DNA from: Amoebophrya sp. A120
Lineage: Eukaryota > Protista > Dinoflagellata
NCBI GenBank assembly: GCA_905178155.1
Contig: CAJINV010000001.1
Location: 15,562,142 to 15,626,141, forward strand
Reading direction: 5' to 3'
Length of the DNA stretch: 64,000 nt
Position numbers and translations under genes: made by a program. Under the pieces are notes generated by a model, which made no database searches, was not told the origin of the DNA, and saw only the letters and a list, made by a program, of their open reading frames with translations. How positions within the stretch are numbered: position 1 is the stretch's first letter; every line of letters begins with the position of its first letter. Positions 48,924-62,348 of this stretch are shown piece after piece.

Positions 48924-50501
48924 ATGGCGGACAAGGTGTTGGGAATGCTCTCAAGGACGGGCATGGCGGCCGCCTCCGTTGCGGCAATACCTGCCTTCTG
49001 CTTGTACAATGTGGACGGAGGAGAAAGGGCAGTTATGTTCAACCGATTTTCGGTAAGAATTATGTAGTTCTCGCCTGGTGTTGCATCAAATTAAGATTAA
49101 CAAGTGTCCTGAACAAAGACGAACGTTGTAAGTAGAAGTGCGGCGGTTGTTCATCTGCTTCGCATTCAAAATTAGACGCGTGTTGATTTTTATGAAGATT
49201 TGTAGTTCTGCACCAAATAAAATTTTAAATTTTTCTACAGGGTGTATCAGCAGTAACGTCAGGGGAGGGCACGCACTTTAAAGTGCCATGGCTGATGTCC
49301 CCTTACATCTACGACATCCGTGTCAGACCAAAACTCATCCAGACAACGACAGGTACTGGACTCTTTTTTTCGATCCGCCGTGTTGTATTCCTATTTGCAC
49401 TACGGTGACGGTGATAGAAAAAGTTCTCAATCTCAAGATAATTGTCTTATTCTTCACCACAAGCGATTGAAAAGCTGCCTGCGGTGACCTCCGATGGTTG
49501 AATATCACGACAGGTACAAAGGATTTACAAACCGTCACCATCCACTGTAGGCTTCTGTTCAAGCCTGACGTAGAAGCTCTCCCGGCACTCCACAAACGGC
49601 TAGGGAGCGAATACGACGAGCGAGTACTGCCGTCAATCGGGAACGAAGTGCTCAAGGCCGTTGTGGCACAGTACTTTTCTTACATTTTGATCCTGTCTCT
49701 GTTTTTCGTGTCCTGTCTGAACTGAAATATGCAGATTTTGGATTCAAAAGAACAAGCGCTCGCTCAGTTCTACTCTGAGCTTTCCGGCAGCACAAAACAG
49801 GTACAACGCCGAGCAGCTGCTCACACAGCGAGAGCGCGTCAGTCAGGAGGTCCGGGATGCCATTGTGCAAAGGGCAAAGCAGTTTCACATCCTGCTCGAG
49901 GATGTATCCATTATCCACCTGAAATACGGAAACGAGTTCGCGCGCGCTATTGAGGAGAAGCAAGTGGCCGAACAGGAGGCTGAAAGACAAAAGTTCATCG
50001 TGCAAATGGCAGGTAAGGCTAAGGACTTTTATTAACCACGCGGAGCAGTGACATTCATTTTGTTACTGATTTGCGTGTTTCTCGAGGCAGGCTCTGGCAG
50101 TTTCAGTTTGTCAATGAGCGACTTCGATGAAGTTCGAGGATTCTCCCAACTAATTACAGAGCAAGAGAGGCAGGCGACAGTGATTCGGTCGGAAGGAGAA
50201 GCAGAAGCAGCGACAATGATATCAGAAGCGCTGAAGGAACACGGTAGAAATGAGAAGATGAATTACTGGAATATTTTTGTTGCTTGATGTTTTCTAATGG
50301 GAGGGATACGTGTTTGACTTTGAAAGTGGAAGCGAATTCTTGATGAAATCTAAATCGTGTGTCAAAACAGGAACCGGATTGATCGACATGAAGAGGATAG
50401 ACGCTAGTAAGGAAATCGCGGAGGTGTTGTCCAAATCGGCGAACATAATGTACATGCCCGGGGGCCAGAACATGCTTCTCAACATGAGTGCTGGACGATA
50501 A
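48924..50501 (+). CDS. PHB1: Prohibitin (PHB1-type), 6 exons
   Basis: [82 protein letters not shown] and [10 protein letters not shown] across GT-AG introns. Confidence 0.95.
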
Positions 50502-52047
50502 TGATGAACATTATTCGACTTCTGCAGCTGCTGTACTACCTCTACCTACGAGGGCATCGGCTTGTAGTTCGGCGCACAAAACTAAATGAACATAAATCAA
50601 TGACTCCTTTTGTGTTGAATGTCAGTGACATTGACAATGACTGGTTGGTGCATGTCTTCTGTCATTATGTAAATGTGTGTTTGTCCATCTCAGGTCTGTC
50701 GTGAACAGAACCAGTTTTCACAACTAGCGACATTTTCATCCAAGAGTCTAACAGTTCCGAGAGCGCTGTGGCGTTTCACGGAGAAAATAAACACCGAGTT
50801 CTTATGTCTTATCGCAGCTGACTTAGACCACGACTGCTGCTGTTCTTCTTCTGATCTCCGAAAGGAGCACATCGAAAGACATTAAGATTAACAAACAAGG
50901 CTTCTTTATCTTTGCCCGCGGCGCTCGCATCAGCTATGATTTTGCGGCGGTCCACGCACCAGCCTGCGCGGTGCGTTGGATCGGCTCCCAATCCCATGGC
51001 CATGTTGTTCAAGAATGCATTGTTAGCAAACTAGTAAACGAGATGGCTGTACCTGCAGTCGCGGTTGTGGTCGTGCATGAAAAAACTAGTGCGCACCTCC
51101 TCCTCCCCGCAAAGAGACCAGAGCGCATTTCTTCCTCGTCGTAATACCTGTTTTTTTGTTTTGTCCCCTCGTTGTCCTTCTCGGTTGCCGTTGATGTAAG
51201 TAGTTGCGTCTGTTACTGGCATCGTGCCATCCACACACTCTGCTTCTAGGATCTGTTCTGGCTGCTCCTCATCAAGGGCGCAGGACTGGAGACCGCAATG
51301 AAAGAGATCCAAATACCTGTAAGAAGCAAGAGCGATATGTTATGCGTTTGAACATGCGCAGGAGCTCGGCGATCAAATCTAGATCATGGGAAAAACATCC
51401 TCATTCATTGCCGTGTGGTATCTATTTTTTTACTCGAATGAGACCGTAGCATCAGCATCACAAGATGTTCCCTCCAATCGATACTCATTTTGTTTAAGTA
51501 CATCCCTCGCTATTGGAGGTTGACGTCGTTTCCGGAGGTTAGAGTCCCACTCAACCATTGATGTGCTACAGCGACCTTTTCTTTATAATCTGTTTTTGCA
51601 GTAGTTTATCGTGAGAAGTTCTTGTATCTATGTATCGATACGAACCTGTATCTGAGTTCATTAAGCCAAATTAGAAACGTCACAGCAACGATGTTGTTCC
51701 TTATGTATCAGGCCCACGGTTATCGTCATGTCACCGTATTTTTTGCGTGATGAAGTGCAAGTTTAAGTTTTTAGTTTAGCAATTTAGAAAATAGTCATAG
51801 GGTCTCTTACTCTTCAAATAACGACGAGAAGTCGTTGCTTAGTGTTAGTTTAGTCTTTTTACGTACTCTCCAGGCGGGGCGTCGTCTCGCCCCGTTGGTT
51901 TTAGGTTTCTCGAGCTCGACCGAAATTGAAAAGCTGTAAATGCAAACAACAAACGCCGAGAAGGAACACGAACTATGAGGATCACCTCCAGACTGGCGTT
52001 TTCATTCATTTAGCCCTGTCATCTTGCTTCATCTCATCATCGTCGTG

Positions 52048-55000
52048 ATGATGCACGGGGAAATAGATCTTCAAGCCACCACCATGCAAAATTGTCGTCC
52101 GCTTTCGGCGGAGGACTTTGCTCCCTTGTGGCACAACAAATCGGAGAACTTCTGGATTGCACACGTCAAGAAGTTGATCGAAGATTTTGGCGTAACGGCG
52201 GTTGAGCAATTCAAACATTTTGTTGCCACTGACTTGCAGGCCGGCATTTCCACCACGAAAAGCTGTGCCTCTGCTGCTCGTCCGGACGATGTTGCTGCAT
52301 CTTCAAGCACGACTACATTGCACGAGGGCCCTTTGAGGACAGCTGCTGCAATAGCACCGCCCCCGTCCCGCTCGGATCTTCAGGCTTGTGGGGGCGCAAC
52401 ATCGTCCAGTAAAGCTTCTCCCGATGTTGAGCAACCTGGGGCGGGGAGAACCTTGACCAAAAATGATGGTGGTCCGTCTACTGTCTCCAAGACCCACGCA
52501 GCGCCTCCGTTGGAGCAGTCGACGAAATGCTCCTCTTCTTCGGCGTCGCGGAATGTCACACCGACTGATGCGGTGCCTGCCAGCACGAATGGATCGCCCT
52601 TGACTCCAAGCAAGACGAGCGGAGGTGGGCAGAATGCTACTACGAGCAGTTCTTCTACAACAACTTCAAGACCCTACAACCTTTTTCAGCAGGATCACAC
52701 AATGGATGGCGGCGGGGCAGCGTCGAATCATCTCAAAGACGGCGCAACATCATCTACTTCACAGATGATGAAAGACAACTCTTCCGGCGAGATGAATTCT
52801 ATGAATCAGTCACTGATAACGACAAGTGCGACGTCAACATCTTCCTCCTCCAGCAGATTGGCAGCGCAACAACACCAGATGAACACCAGCAAGCCAGTCT
52901 CGCTCGTCGTGGGGTCAACATCGTCACAGCTCGGTGGTTGTGTCAACAACAATTCTCCCCCGTCTGTAAATGACCTCAACCAGGGAAACCGGCTGCTGCA
53001 CCTTTGCGTGCTTAGAAATTACACCTCTTTGCTTCACAAGCTCGTCATGGACTTTGACTTTGACGTCGACATCACACGCGACAGCGACCGCAACACGGGC
53101 ATGCATCTCGCTCTGTTTGAAACCAGGAAGAAAGAAGTAGTCGAAAAGTTGGACTTCCTCGGTGCTGATCTGGAAAGGAAGAACGCGTATGGGGTAGACT
53201 GTGAAAAAGCGTTCCAATCGTTCAACGAGTCCAAGGACAACATAATCTTCCTCGACCTGGAGCTCACAAAAGGTATCAACTACTCCGAAGTCCTCGATCT
53301 AGACGTAGCGAGTACGTAGTACGTCGCTTATTTGCCACCTTTTATGCAATGGCAGGAGAACAATGCAATGCTTTTTGCCTTGCTGTATTTTTGCCGTGAA
53401 GTCGTGATCTTGGTCCCTATTCCTCCCTTCCCCTGGCAGGAGTTCTTGTGGCGATCGCAAGTTCCCGCAGCCTTGTGCTTGTACTTGTACTTCCTTGTGC
53501 TTGAACTTGTTGCAACGCAAAAATTGAAATGCTATAGGTTTCTACGAGCGGGAGGAGGAGGAGGGGATTCCTCGGAAGATTATGGAGCTCGCCTGCGTGA
53601 TCACGGACAAGAATTTGAAGGAGCTCGGGCGCGGTTCCTGGGTGATTGGCGGTTTCTCGAAGGAGTTTCTCCTTACGCTCCCCTATTTCCACCAGAAAAA
53701 TTTCCGCGACAGCGAACCGGGTGGCCCCTTCGAGCCGTTGCAGGAAGAGAGAACCGGGTACACTTTCTACGGCAACGACCTCTTTAAGGACATGGTAAAC
53801 CGGGAGAAGGCGGTGTCACTGCTCCAAGCGGAAACGGAGTGTCTGGCGTTGATCCAAAGTTTCTGTCCCGAGGGCGCCTGCCCGCTGAGCGGCAACAGCA
53901 TCCAGTGCGACCGGGAAGTGCTGTGCGACGAGACGCCCTTGATCTACCAGTGGCTGTCCCATCGGATCATCGACGTGTCATCCTTTCTCGGTATAGCCGA
54001 GCGCTGGATGCCCCACAAAATCGAGATGTGGCGCGCGCACCAGAGGCAGGTATACAGGAGCTAATAACCCTAAACAGCTATATAAACTGTGTAGGTTTAG
54101 CGACCACATCAAAGAGCTCGAGACTTTCTTTGTTCTGAGCCTCTACTAAGTTGTATTCTCTTTCTTCTTGCCGCACGAATTCAGACGAGGACGCCATTAT
54201 GCATTGACGTTTTTGTTCTCGATGAACACTCTATCTGACGTCGTTTTCACAGGTATCCAACTACAACCACCGCGCCCTCGATGACACTTTGAGCAGTATC
54301 CAGAGTTTGGCGTGGATTCGCGAAAATCTTCTGCTCCCGGCGGACGACGGACTCGCGGAATGGGAAGCGCAAAAGGAGTGGGAAAGGGAACAGTGGGAGG
54401 AGGAAGGTATGGTTGGTACACTAAGTGAGCTCTGTTTCAGTTTCTTGGGTAGTTGGGTTAATAGGGGTTCTCTTTCTTGCATGTTTTCAAACCTCCACGT
54501 AGATGAGCGAAATAAATGATAACGTAACTATTACAAACAGACGAAGAAGCCGAGGCGGAGGACGACGAGGGCTACACGCAGCGAATCCTGTCCGCGACAA
54601 ACAGCCCAATACGGTTCCAGGCAGGAAACAGCAGTGCCTCAAACTACTACAACCCGGGAGGTAAAGCGGGTAGCTCCTACGGCGACCACGGCAAGAGTTC
54701 CAGCGGAAAAAAGGGTCAACAACATCATGGTGGCCCCGCAACTTGGTCAGGAGCAAGCAGCGGTACCTTTCATGGAAACTATGGCTCTAGTTCAAGCAAA
54801 GGTTCTTCAGCTGCGCCAGGTGGGAGCTACAACCAGCATTCGTTCTGGAGCAGCAAAGGCGGTGGCGGTGGTCAGAAAAGCTACGGGTCGTCGAAAGGAA
54901 GTTCGTGGAAGGGGTCAAAATCAAACTCGAATTCTCCCGTAAAGCGTCCCATACACGACAACCGCAACCGGTCGGCGAGTTTCGGGAATAACACAAGTTC

Positions 55001-55379
55001 ATGGAACAACAACACTGAGCCCTGGTACGAGGACTATTTGTCGGACTGGAAGAATGACACTACACCCGGCAGTGGTGCTGCGCAGAACCAGCAACATTTT
55101 CGCACCTGGCCTCTCTCAGGTCCGAGTAGCGGTTCCTCAGGCAAGAATTCTGCAGGAGCTGCACCACCTTGGTCGCCAAATTGGACGGCTCCTGGTCGTG
55201 GCATGCAACAGAATCTTCAACACACGTCCGCATCCACCTCGAACAACAACTCTCCGATGCGCGGCGGCCGCCCACCACAAAATTTTCAGTACAGCGGCAA
55301 TTGGGGACAGAAGAACAATGGCGGATCGCCACGAAGTAAAGGCAAGCCGAAAAGCGGAGGCGGCGGAGGCAAGATGTAG
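52048..55379 (+). CDS. Ankyrin-repeat + oligoribonuclease (Orn/REXO2-like DEDDh) fusion with low-complexity termini
   Basis: Ankyrin GNRLLHLCV and NTGMHLAL; Exo I IIFLDLELT, ELACVITDKNL, LSGNSIQCDR, HRIIDVSSF; Exo III NHRALDD after GT-AG intron 54050-54252. Confidence 0.85.
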
Positions 55380-56792
55380 CAAACGATCGACCTGAGTAGG
55401 TTTCTGAACTGAAAACGATTGCTGCACCCGGTAAACCAGTGCTCCTGCCGGATGAAAACGAGGAAAACCAATGCAACGACAGGCCCGCCTAGAAGGTGCT
55501 TCTGGTGTGTCACGACCGGCAGCGTCGGCTCGAAGAACTGATTGATGAATCGATTTCAACACTGATCAAGTATCTACTTGTCGTCCTTCTAATATCTCGC
55601 GTCAATACAACCAAGAGTTGTACAGTATTCCAGGAGGCCCTAAGTGAATTGTAAGTGTAAGTAACGACATCACAATGTTCATGTTGACAATGTAAAGTTT
55701 ATCTCGATGGCAGCAGCGGTGAGCCGTCTCAGTAAGTTCAGGATCTTGTGAACATATCAAGTGTGGTCGACGACACACATTTTCTCTTTCGACGAAGTTT
55801 GCGAAACGACAAAACATGATTGAGGTAGAATGAGAAATTGACAATGGCGCTTCCCCGGGCGCCACTCGAACCGTCACCCATTTTCCGTTGCGACACAGTC
55901 AGCACGCGAGCGGTTGACAACGCTCGGCGAGGGCAAAGCAATGTGGCTGCTAGTCCTAGTTCTTTATCTTTCAAGAAAGCGACAAAATATCTAAAATGAA
56001 AATCGAAATTTCAAAAAAAGAAAAATTCAATGGCGCCGACCATCGAGCAAGTACCAGATGATAGCTCATATATAAGCCTGGCCGCCGGGGGGAAGGGAGC
56101 ACCACCAGTGCCTTTGTTAAGTACTCGCAATTTCGAAGCTGGTAGATTACTGACGCATGCTGTTCGTCATCTAAGTGACCACGGCCATCATCTAGTAGTA
56201 ATAGAAGAGCAAGTTCTCGACGTCTATGCAGCGTCCGCGTCGAACTACAAATTATAAAGTATAACGGAAACGCAAACGCTTACCAAAGAGAGAATGTCTT
56301 CCAAGCTGTAGCTCATGATACTCGTACAGGGAACTTGTACTCGTGAGTGCAATATATATTTGGATCTCCTGGCGCCTCAGCAGCAGCTAGTTAGAGGTCG
56401 TGAACGAGCAACTGACAAGGGATGAGAGTAATGACAGACTTGGTACCTGGAACGTCGACGTGGTCGGGCTGTTACTAAGAGATGTTGACGAGGATAGACA
56501 CGAGAACAAACCATTTTGTACCTATTGTCGTTCGGGTCTAGGTCTACTCGTCTGGGTCGTCGCCATAACGTCAGATGAGTGAAAGGGGCACGTTTTTTGT
56601 TCGTGCCGTTCATTGTGAATGTTCGCAGTTCTGGACCTGCTCCACTCGACACCACGTCCGTTTCTTTTCCGAATAATTGAAACTAGAACAACGCTCCGAC
56701 CGAACCATTACGGGTAGCTGTAGACCTGTGAGTTTCTACTTTACAGCATCGTTTCCCAGTTGCAGTTGCTGCACACAGAACTACAAAAGATC

Positions 56793-57908
56793 ATGCTGAC
56801 GGTGCGGGATTTCCCGTCGCTGTCCAGCGGGATGCCGTGGCGAATTTACTGCATCTTGATGCTCACCTACGCGGTGGTGTTGTGCCTACAAAAAGCGGTT
56901 GCTCCGGTAGTCGGTGTTGGCAATTTGCGTGGGCCGTCTGAGAAGGACGTCTCCGCGGAAACCCCGTCGATCAACCGTCCCCTCCCCGCAGCGACAAGAA
57001 CGTACGAAGAGAAGGACGAGCAGGATGATATTCATCTCATCTACTTCGATCTTAAAATGGAACTCTTGCTGGCGCAGAAGGGCAGCGATCCAGCGACGTT
57101 GCACAAAGAACTGGCGGGGTCTGGTTTCTTCAATACGCCGCAGGTGCCCCTGATGGTGTACATGTTGTTGAACGCGAAGAGCGGCGAGAGTTACGAGCTG
57201 CGCCCGGAAATGACCCTGATGGCGTACGAGACGGGCCTGCTCCAGGAATTTCTCCACCGCGACGCGGACCAGAATGGGCGACTGGACAAGGACGAGTGTC
57301 CGTTTCTTGCATCCACAGCAGGACTACTGTCACGACCGTCAAACCCAGACGGCGATGATGTCACCACCTTCGCGGCAACGTGCAGACAACATCACACGGC
57401 CTCGGGGTTCCTGCAAATCAACATCGATCGAGCGGGGGAGACGGAGTTGAGTAGCACTGCCACTGCGGGGACGAGCGGCGGGGGCGGGACGAGTCGTGAC
57501 ACAGTCCTCGAATCCGGTAAGTTCTACGAGAAGGCGCCAGCGTCTCTTATGGAGGAGCGATCATATTGGCGGTCGTGGTTGCCGTCGTGCTGTGGTGGCG
57601 ACACGGCGGCGGCCGCCCGAGACCAAGCTGCCAGAGACCGGGCCCGAGACCTGCGGAGCGAATTGGGGTTGAGACCTAACGGAGAAAGGATGACTGACAG
57701 CGAAAGGGAGAAGGCGCAGGAAACTGCAGCCGCGGCCGGCAGGCGATATGACGGCCGGAGGCAGTCGCCGCGCATCAGTGACAAGGAGGCAAACATGTAC
57801 ACATCTACAGGATATAATTTCGGAGACCAAGACGAACCTGAACCCGAATCGGAGTCACCGGCATCAACGTATGCAGCAGACACAAGGAGGACCGATGTAC
57901 TTAAATGA
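56793..57908 (+). CDS. Hypothetical secreted or signal-anchored protein with one EF-hand-like loop
   Basis: Hydrophobic IYCILMLTYAVVLCL near the N-terminus; DADQNGRLDKDE EF-hand loop. Confidence 0.6.
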   Translation: MLTVRDFPSLSSGMPWRIYCILMLTYAVVLCLQKAVAPVVGVGNLRGPSEKDVSAETPSINRPLPAATRTYEEKDEQDDIHLIYFDLKMELLLAQKGSDPATLHKELAGSGFFNTPQVPLMVYMLLNAKSGESYELRPEMTLMAYETGLLQEFLHRDADQNGRLDKDECPFLASTAGLLSRPSNPDGDDVTTFAATCRQHHTASGFLQINIDRAGETELSSTATAGTSGGGGTSRDTVLESGKFYEKAPASLMEERSYWRSWLPSCCGGDTAAAARDQAARDRARDLRSELGLRPNGERMTDSEREKAQETAAAAGRRYDGRRQSPRISDKEANMYTSTGYNFGDQDEPEPESESPASTYAADTRRTDVLK

Positions 57909-58970
57909 AAGAACACCGCTGAGGCTGACAGATTTTTTTTTTTGGATGCTAACAGGTGGATGGCTCTGTCAATCCATTAAACCACACGCAAAGTGGTTCT
58001 GGACGAGTTGACGACTGCAATTAGTGGCGAACTCCGCCTCCGTTGAGTATCGGCATCGCAACAACATAAAATTTGAATTTCGTAAAATAATTGCTCAACA
58101 CCACACTCTCACTCAACACAGGAGCTCCCATTTTGGTTGAATGAGCACAAATCGTATTGGGAAGAGCACCAGGAGGAGGCTACACTTGCCCAGCGGCTTG
58201 CAACCAGAACGGGCCAGCCAACACAAGCTCGACGAAGCAGAGAAAAAAGTAACTAAAAACAAGGTGATATCAAACCGGAATCAGCTTGAACAGAAACAGT
58301 TTTTGTTGATATCTTCATGAGTGCTGAAATTTCGTCGTCAACATCGATCAGTATCTATGAAAGACAAAAGCTAGTAGACAAAACCTCAGCGTCGCTGAAG
58401 CTTTGTCTACCTCTACTGCGGAACAGCCAACCTGCATAAGCCCTCACCCTACAATCAAGGGGCAACAATAACATTTAACGAGTGTTCTTGATGTTTTCGA
58501 CGTAATTTGGAACTGATAACATCACTTGGATACATATTGATTTATACATAGTTTTTTTCCAGCGGTAGGACGACCCGAGGAAATTTTCTTTTTCGCTTTC
58601 AGTTTCAGCCAGGCGCCATCTCAACGAACAGACATCAAGATTTCCTTCTCGTCCACGTCGCAGTCGACCCTGATCCTCGACAAAGCTGTATGATCTTTTT
58701 TACCTTCATCACCAGGACCTCCTACATAAAGCTGCTTAAAATTTGAATTTCGTCTGCAACGGACATGATTGTTACTCTTTTTTCACGTCTTACTCTTATG
58801 TTCGGAATAGGATTTATAATAAGCATATATAAAGATACATGTTGATCTACACGCAAAAATTTAGCACATTCTTAGTGTCTGTCCTGTGATGTTCGTTCTT
58901 CGAGTTGCCGATAACGCTGTATGCTTTTACTCTTTCAGTGGTTTCTCCCTGAACAAATCAATCCCAAAAG

Positions 58971-61507
58971 ATGATTGGCGTCCTTCTTGGCATTTCGGAG
59001 TTGGACGACCCGCGGAAGCGGGCCGAGCAGATCCTCCGCTTCGACAAAACCCGGCTGAAAAAGCAGATTCTGCAGACAAAAACCGTCATCGTCCACATGG
59101 ACCTGGACTGTTTCTACGTCGCTGTTGAACGGCGTTTGAATCCCATGCTCCGCGGCAAGCCGGTGGGCCTGTGTCAGTGGTCCCAGCAGCACGCGAGCTT
59201 TCACAACTTGCACTACACGCAGGACCGCCTGATTGACACATTCGGGGCAAGTACCGGAGGTGGTCCTAAAGGCGGGGGGAAAGGAGGCCCGGGTGGACAC
59301 AACGCGGGGATCATTGCTCTGTCGTATGAAGCCAAGGCGGCCGGTGTGAAGCGCGGCATGTTCCTGCAGGATGCGCTCCGGGTTTGCCCGGATATGCTTT
59401 TTGTCGGGATTCCGACCAAATTTGGCAAAGCGGACACCAGCTTCTACAAGGACGCCGGCAGCGAGGTGATGGGCGTGCTCGGGGAGTACGGGGGGACGGA
59501 ACGAGTTTCCATTGACGAAGCGTATTTGGACGTCACAGCAAGATCCGCCGAGGGCTTCGACGAGTGGGTGAAGCGGACGTCGGGGGACATTTTGGCCAGC
59601 GACGCGGCGGATAGGGCGGAGGCAAATGCAACTGAAATTGTTGGGGAGCCGGTTGAGGCCAGCAAAGTGAAAGATGAAGCTCGTCTTGAATTGGGTGCTG
59701 GTACTACTAGTACAACTGGTGCATCAACAGCATCGCGTTCCTCTTGGCACTCTAGACGCGACCACATAGCTGCGCTGCGAGAGGAGCTGCGGCGCGACTT
59801 TGAGGCGTTCTGCGAGCTGTGTCTAACGGAAGATCGACTTGCGGTGCACGGCGTTCCGTTTTTCTCCGACTTGAAATACAGCAAGGAGGCGCGCCAGGCC
59901 GCGCCAGGGCTTCTGCTGCTAAAAGATAACAAGATTGGGGATTTACACAAGGCTGGTGCTGCAGGTGGGCGACAAATTGGCGCATCTTTGGCGGCGACCG
60001 CTGCATCAAGCACGAACACGAAGGAAGAGCAATGCGAAGTCAAGGTATCTACAACTACATTCGAGGCAGCTGATCTGAAAGCTGCCAGCCCGCGTTTGAA
60101 AAAAGTCAAGATAGATGCGGAAAAAGTAGTGCCCGACGTCAAGAAACAAGCTGCAGACGACAGCGACGATGACCTAATCATGTTCGACGAGCAGGGCAAG
60201 CGTGTGGACATCGAATCTATGACAGCAGTTGGTAAAATAAAGTCGTCCGGAGTTCCACCGCCATCCAACCCGAAACTTGCGAAAACTGAAGCGCAAACGG
60301 ATACGACTCACAAGAACGCGAGTAGATCTAATGGTGCGCCGAAACCGGCGCAGCAAAAGAGTTCGCCGCTCCCCGCAGATCAGGACCAAGCTTTTTTCGA
60401 GGAGCTTTTCGAGTTCTACAAACTGGTGAACAGCATGCGCATCTGCTTCGAGATTCAGGAGCGGGTGAAGAAACAACTCCAGCTGTCCTGCTCGCTGGGC
60501 GTCGCCAATACCAAGTGCGTGTCGAAGATTGCGAGCGGCAAGCACAAGCCCTACAAGCTCTCCCTCGTGTTCCCCCTCGGTACGCCGGAGTTCCTGAACC
60601 CCCTGCCGATCAAAGATCTTCGCGGGTACGGCCAGAAGTTGGGCAAGGAGATCTGCCAGAAGCTCAGCGTCGCGACCGTCGGGGAGGTGTTCGCTAAGAA
60701 GATGCGAGTGCTGGACGAGAAGCTGACCCACAAGGTCGCGCAGGAGCTGGGCGACGCCTGTCACGGGATCGACGATAACCCGGTCTGCGCACGGCTGCTG
60801 TCGAAGATCGTGGGGACGAGCAAGCGGTGGCACACGCCACAGTACCTATGAAATGCAAATATGTCCTCTGGGTCTGGAAGATTCTTACTTTTTTCATGCA
60901 TGTCTGACATGACTCGAGAATCTGTGATGCATGGGCAGGAAAGGACTCTCCTTTCTGTCATGCAAAAACGCAGTTTCTCATGCGGAATACGCAACACATA
61001 GCAACTCAAAAATTTGTCATGCTGGGCTGCGTATTGCAGTCCGGCTATCATCCACTTTTTGCATCAGATGTTTCCAGACCCAGACATTTTTGTATTTGAT
61101 AGTACCTGGTGGACAGCAACTTACGAGGCTGGATGGACACACTGCTGGCGGATTTCGTGGAAAAGGTCGCGAAGGAGAAAACAAACCACAAGCGCAAGCC
61201 CCTGCAGGCCGTGGTTTCCTGGAAGAACGTGGCCGGGAACGACGTATCGAAGACGATTGCCGTCGAAAAGCTGACGAAAGAGTTTCTGTTGTCTGATCTG
61301 CTGAAGGGCAGGGACCCGATTCTCAACCTCGGGTTCACGGCGCAGCGCTGGGTCTGTCTCGAAACCGGGGAAGCGTTTAAAGAGGAAGGAGGCCCTGCTG
61401 GAGGCCCGTCGGCGCACGACGAAAGTCTCTTTGTCGAGCGCAAGTGCCCAAGAATTGGCAGTCTTTTGAACAACCACGGTTTCAAGACTCGCACAACGAG
61501 CTGTTGA
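58971..61507 (+). CDS. Y-family translesion DNA polymerase (Pol eta-like); start uncertain
   Basis: IVHMDLDCFYVAVE, SYEAKAAGVKRGM, ERVSIDEAYLDVT and SCSLGVANTKCVSKIASGKHKP; the C-terminal ORF 61109-61507 joins on removing introner 60847-61101 (PQYL|VDSNLRGW). Confidence 0.9.
60847..61101. mobile_element. Introner, family A (subfamily A1), 255 bp
   Basis: TATGAAATGCAAATATGTCCTCTGGGTCTGGAA / TTCCAGACCCAGACATTTTTGTATTTGATA; direct repeat GTACC at 60842-60846 and 61102-61106; introduces an immediate TGA. Confidence 0.92.
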
Positions 61508-62348
61508 GTCAAGTGATCAGGACGAATGTTTGAGAACAGCCGTTGAGCTACAGATGAAGCTCTTTATTTTGTCCATTCCTTTGTCCCATTTCAAAGACGA
61601 GACACGATCATCCCCGTGGAGTGCAAGCTCACGATCAACGCAAGATGCGCCATCAAGTTGAGTTTTAAAACACAAGGAGCATTAAGTGACCGCCGCTCGC
61701 AAGGAAGGGCGAGGGTTGTAGGTGACGAAGGGACGCTGTGTCTCCTCCTCAGCTTGTTCTGGGAGAAGTGGTAGATCCAACAGGTTGTAGCTGTGTTATT
61801 TTGACGTAAGCGGCTGGTGCTCCGGGGCACACGGTGTGCCCGCACCCCCAGAGAATAACGAAACTCGTGTTGTTGATTGTAAAGATCACCGCGGCGAAGA
61901 AGTGTGTTTTGATCATGCCTTTTCCCTCTGGCTCTCACTCACACTGAGATGAGTATGGTTTTGGTTCATCCTGTTATCAGAATCACATCTTCAATGGCGC
62001 TCAATTTTGATGGTGGATTTTTCCCCAACGCGTGAATGCCATACCAACAAATGATCGAAAAAATTGTTGGTGCAGGAATGCTGGTGCTATTATACTTCTA
62101 GTTCCATTATATCTGAATGGATGCTTTTTATTATTTTCTAGCTACACGTATAAGAAATAGAAAATTCACCCTTGTAGTTTTGACAACTAGGTCTGGACGA
62201 AGAATTGAGACAAAATCCTAAGCACGTCCAGAAGTAAAACGCCGTTGTTTTTATTGTTCCACACTTGCGCAATTGTTTTCATTGTTCCAGCACGCTGCTG
62301 TTAAATCGCAACTGTTTCCATTGTTCCACCACCACTACCACCACCAGA

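Noticed and set aside
58128-58140. CCATTTTGG resembling part of the dinoflagellate spliced leader
   Set aside because: Only 9 nt match and the flanks disagree.
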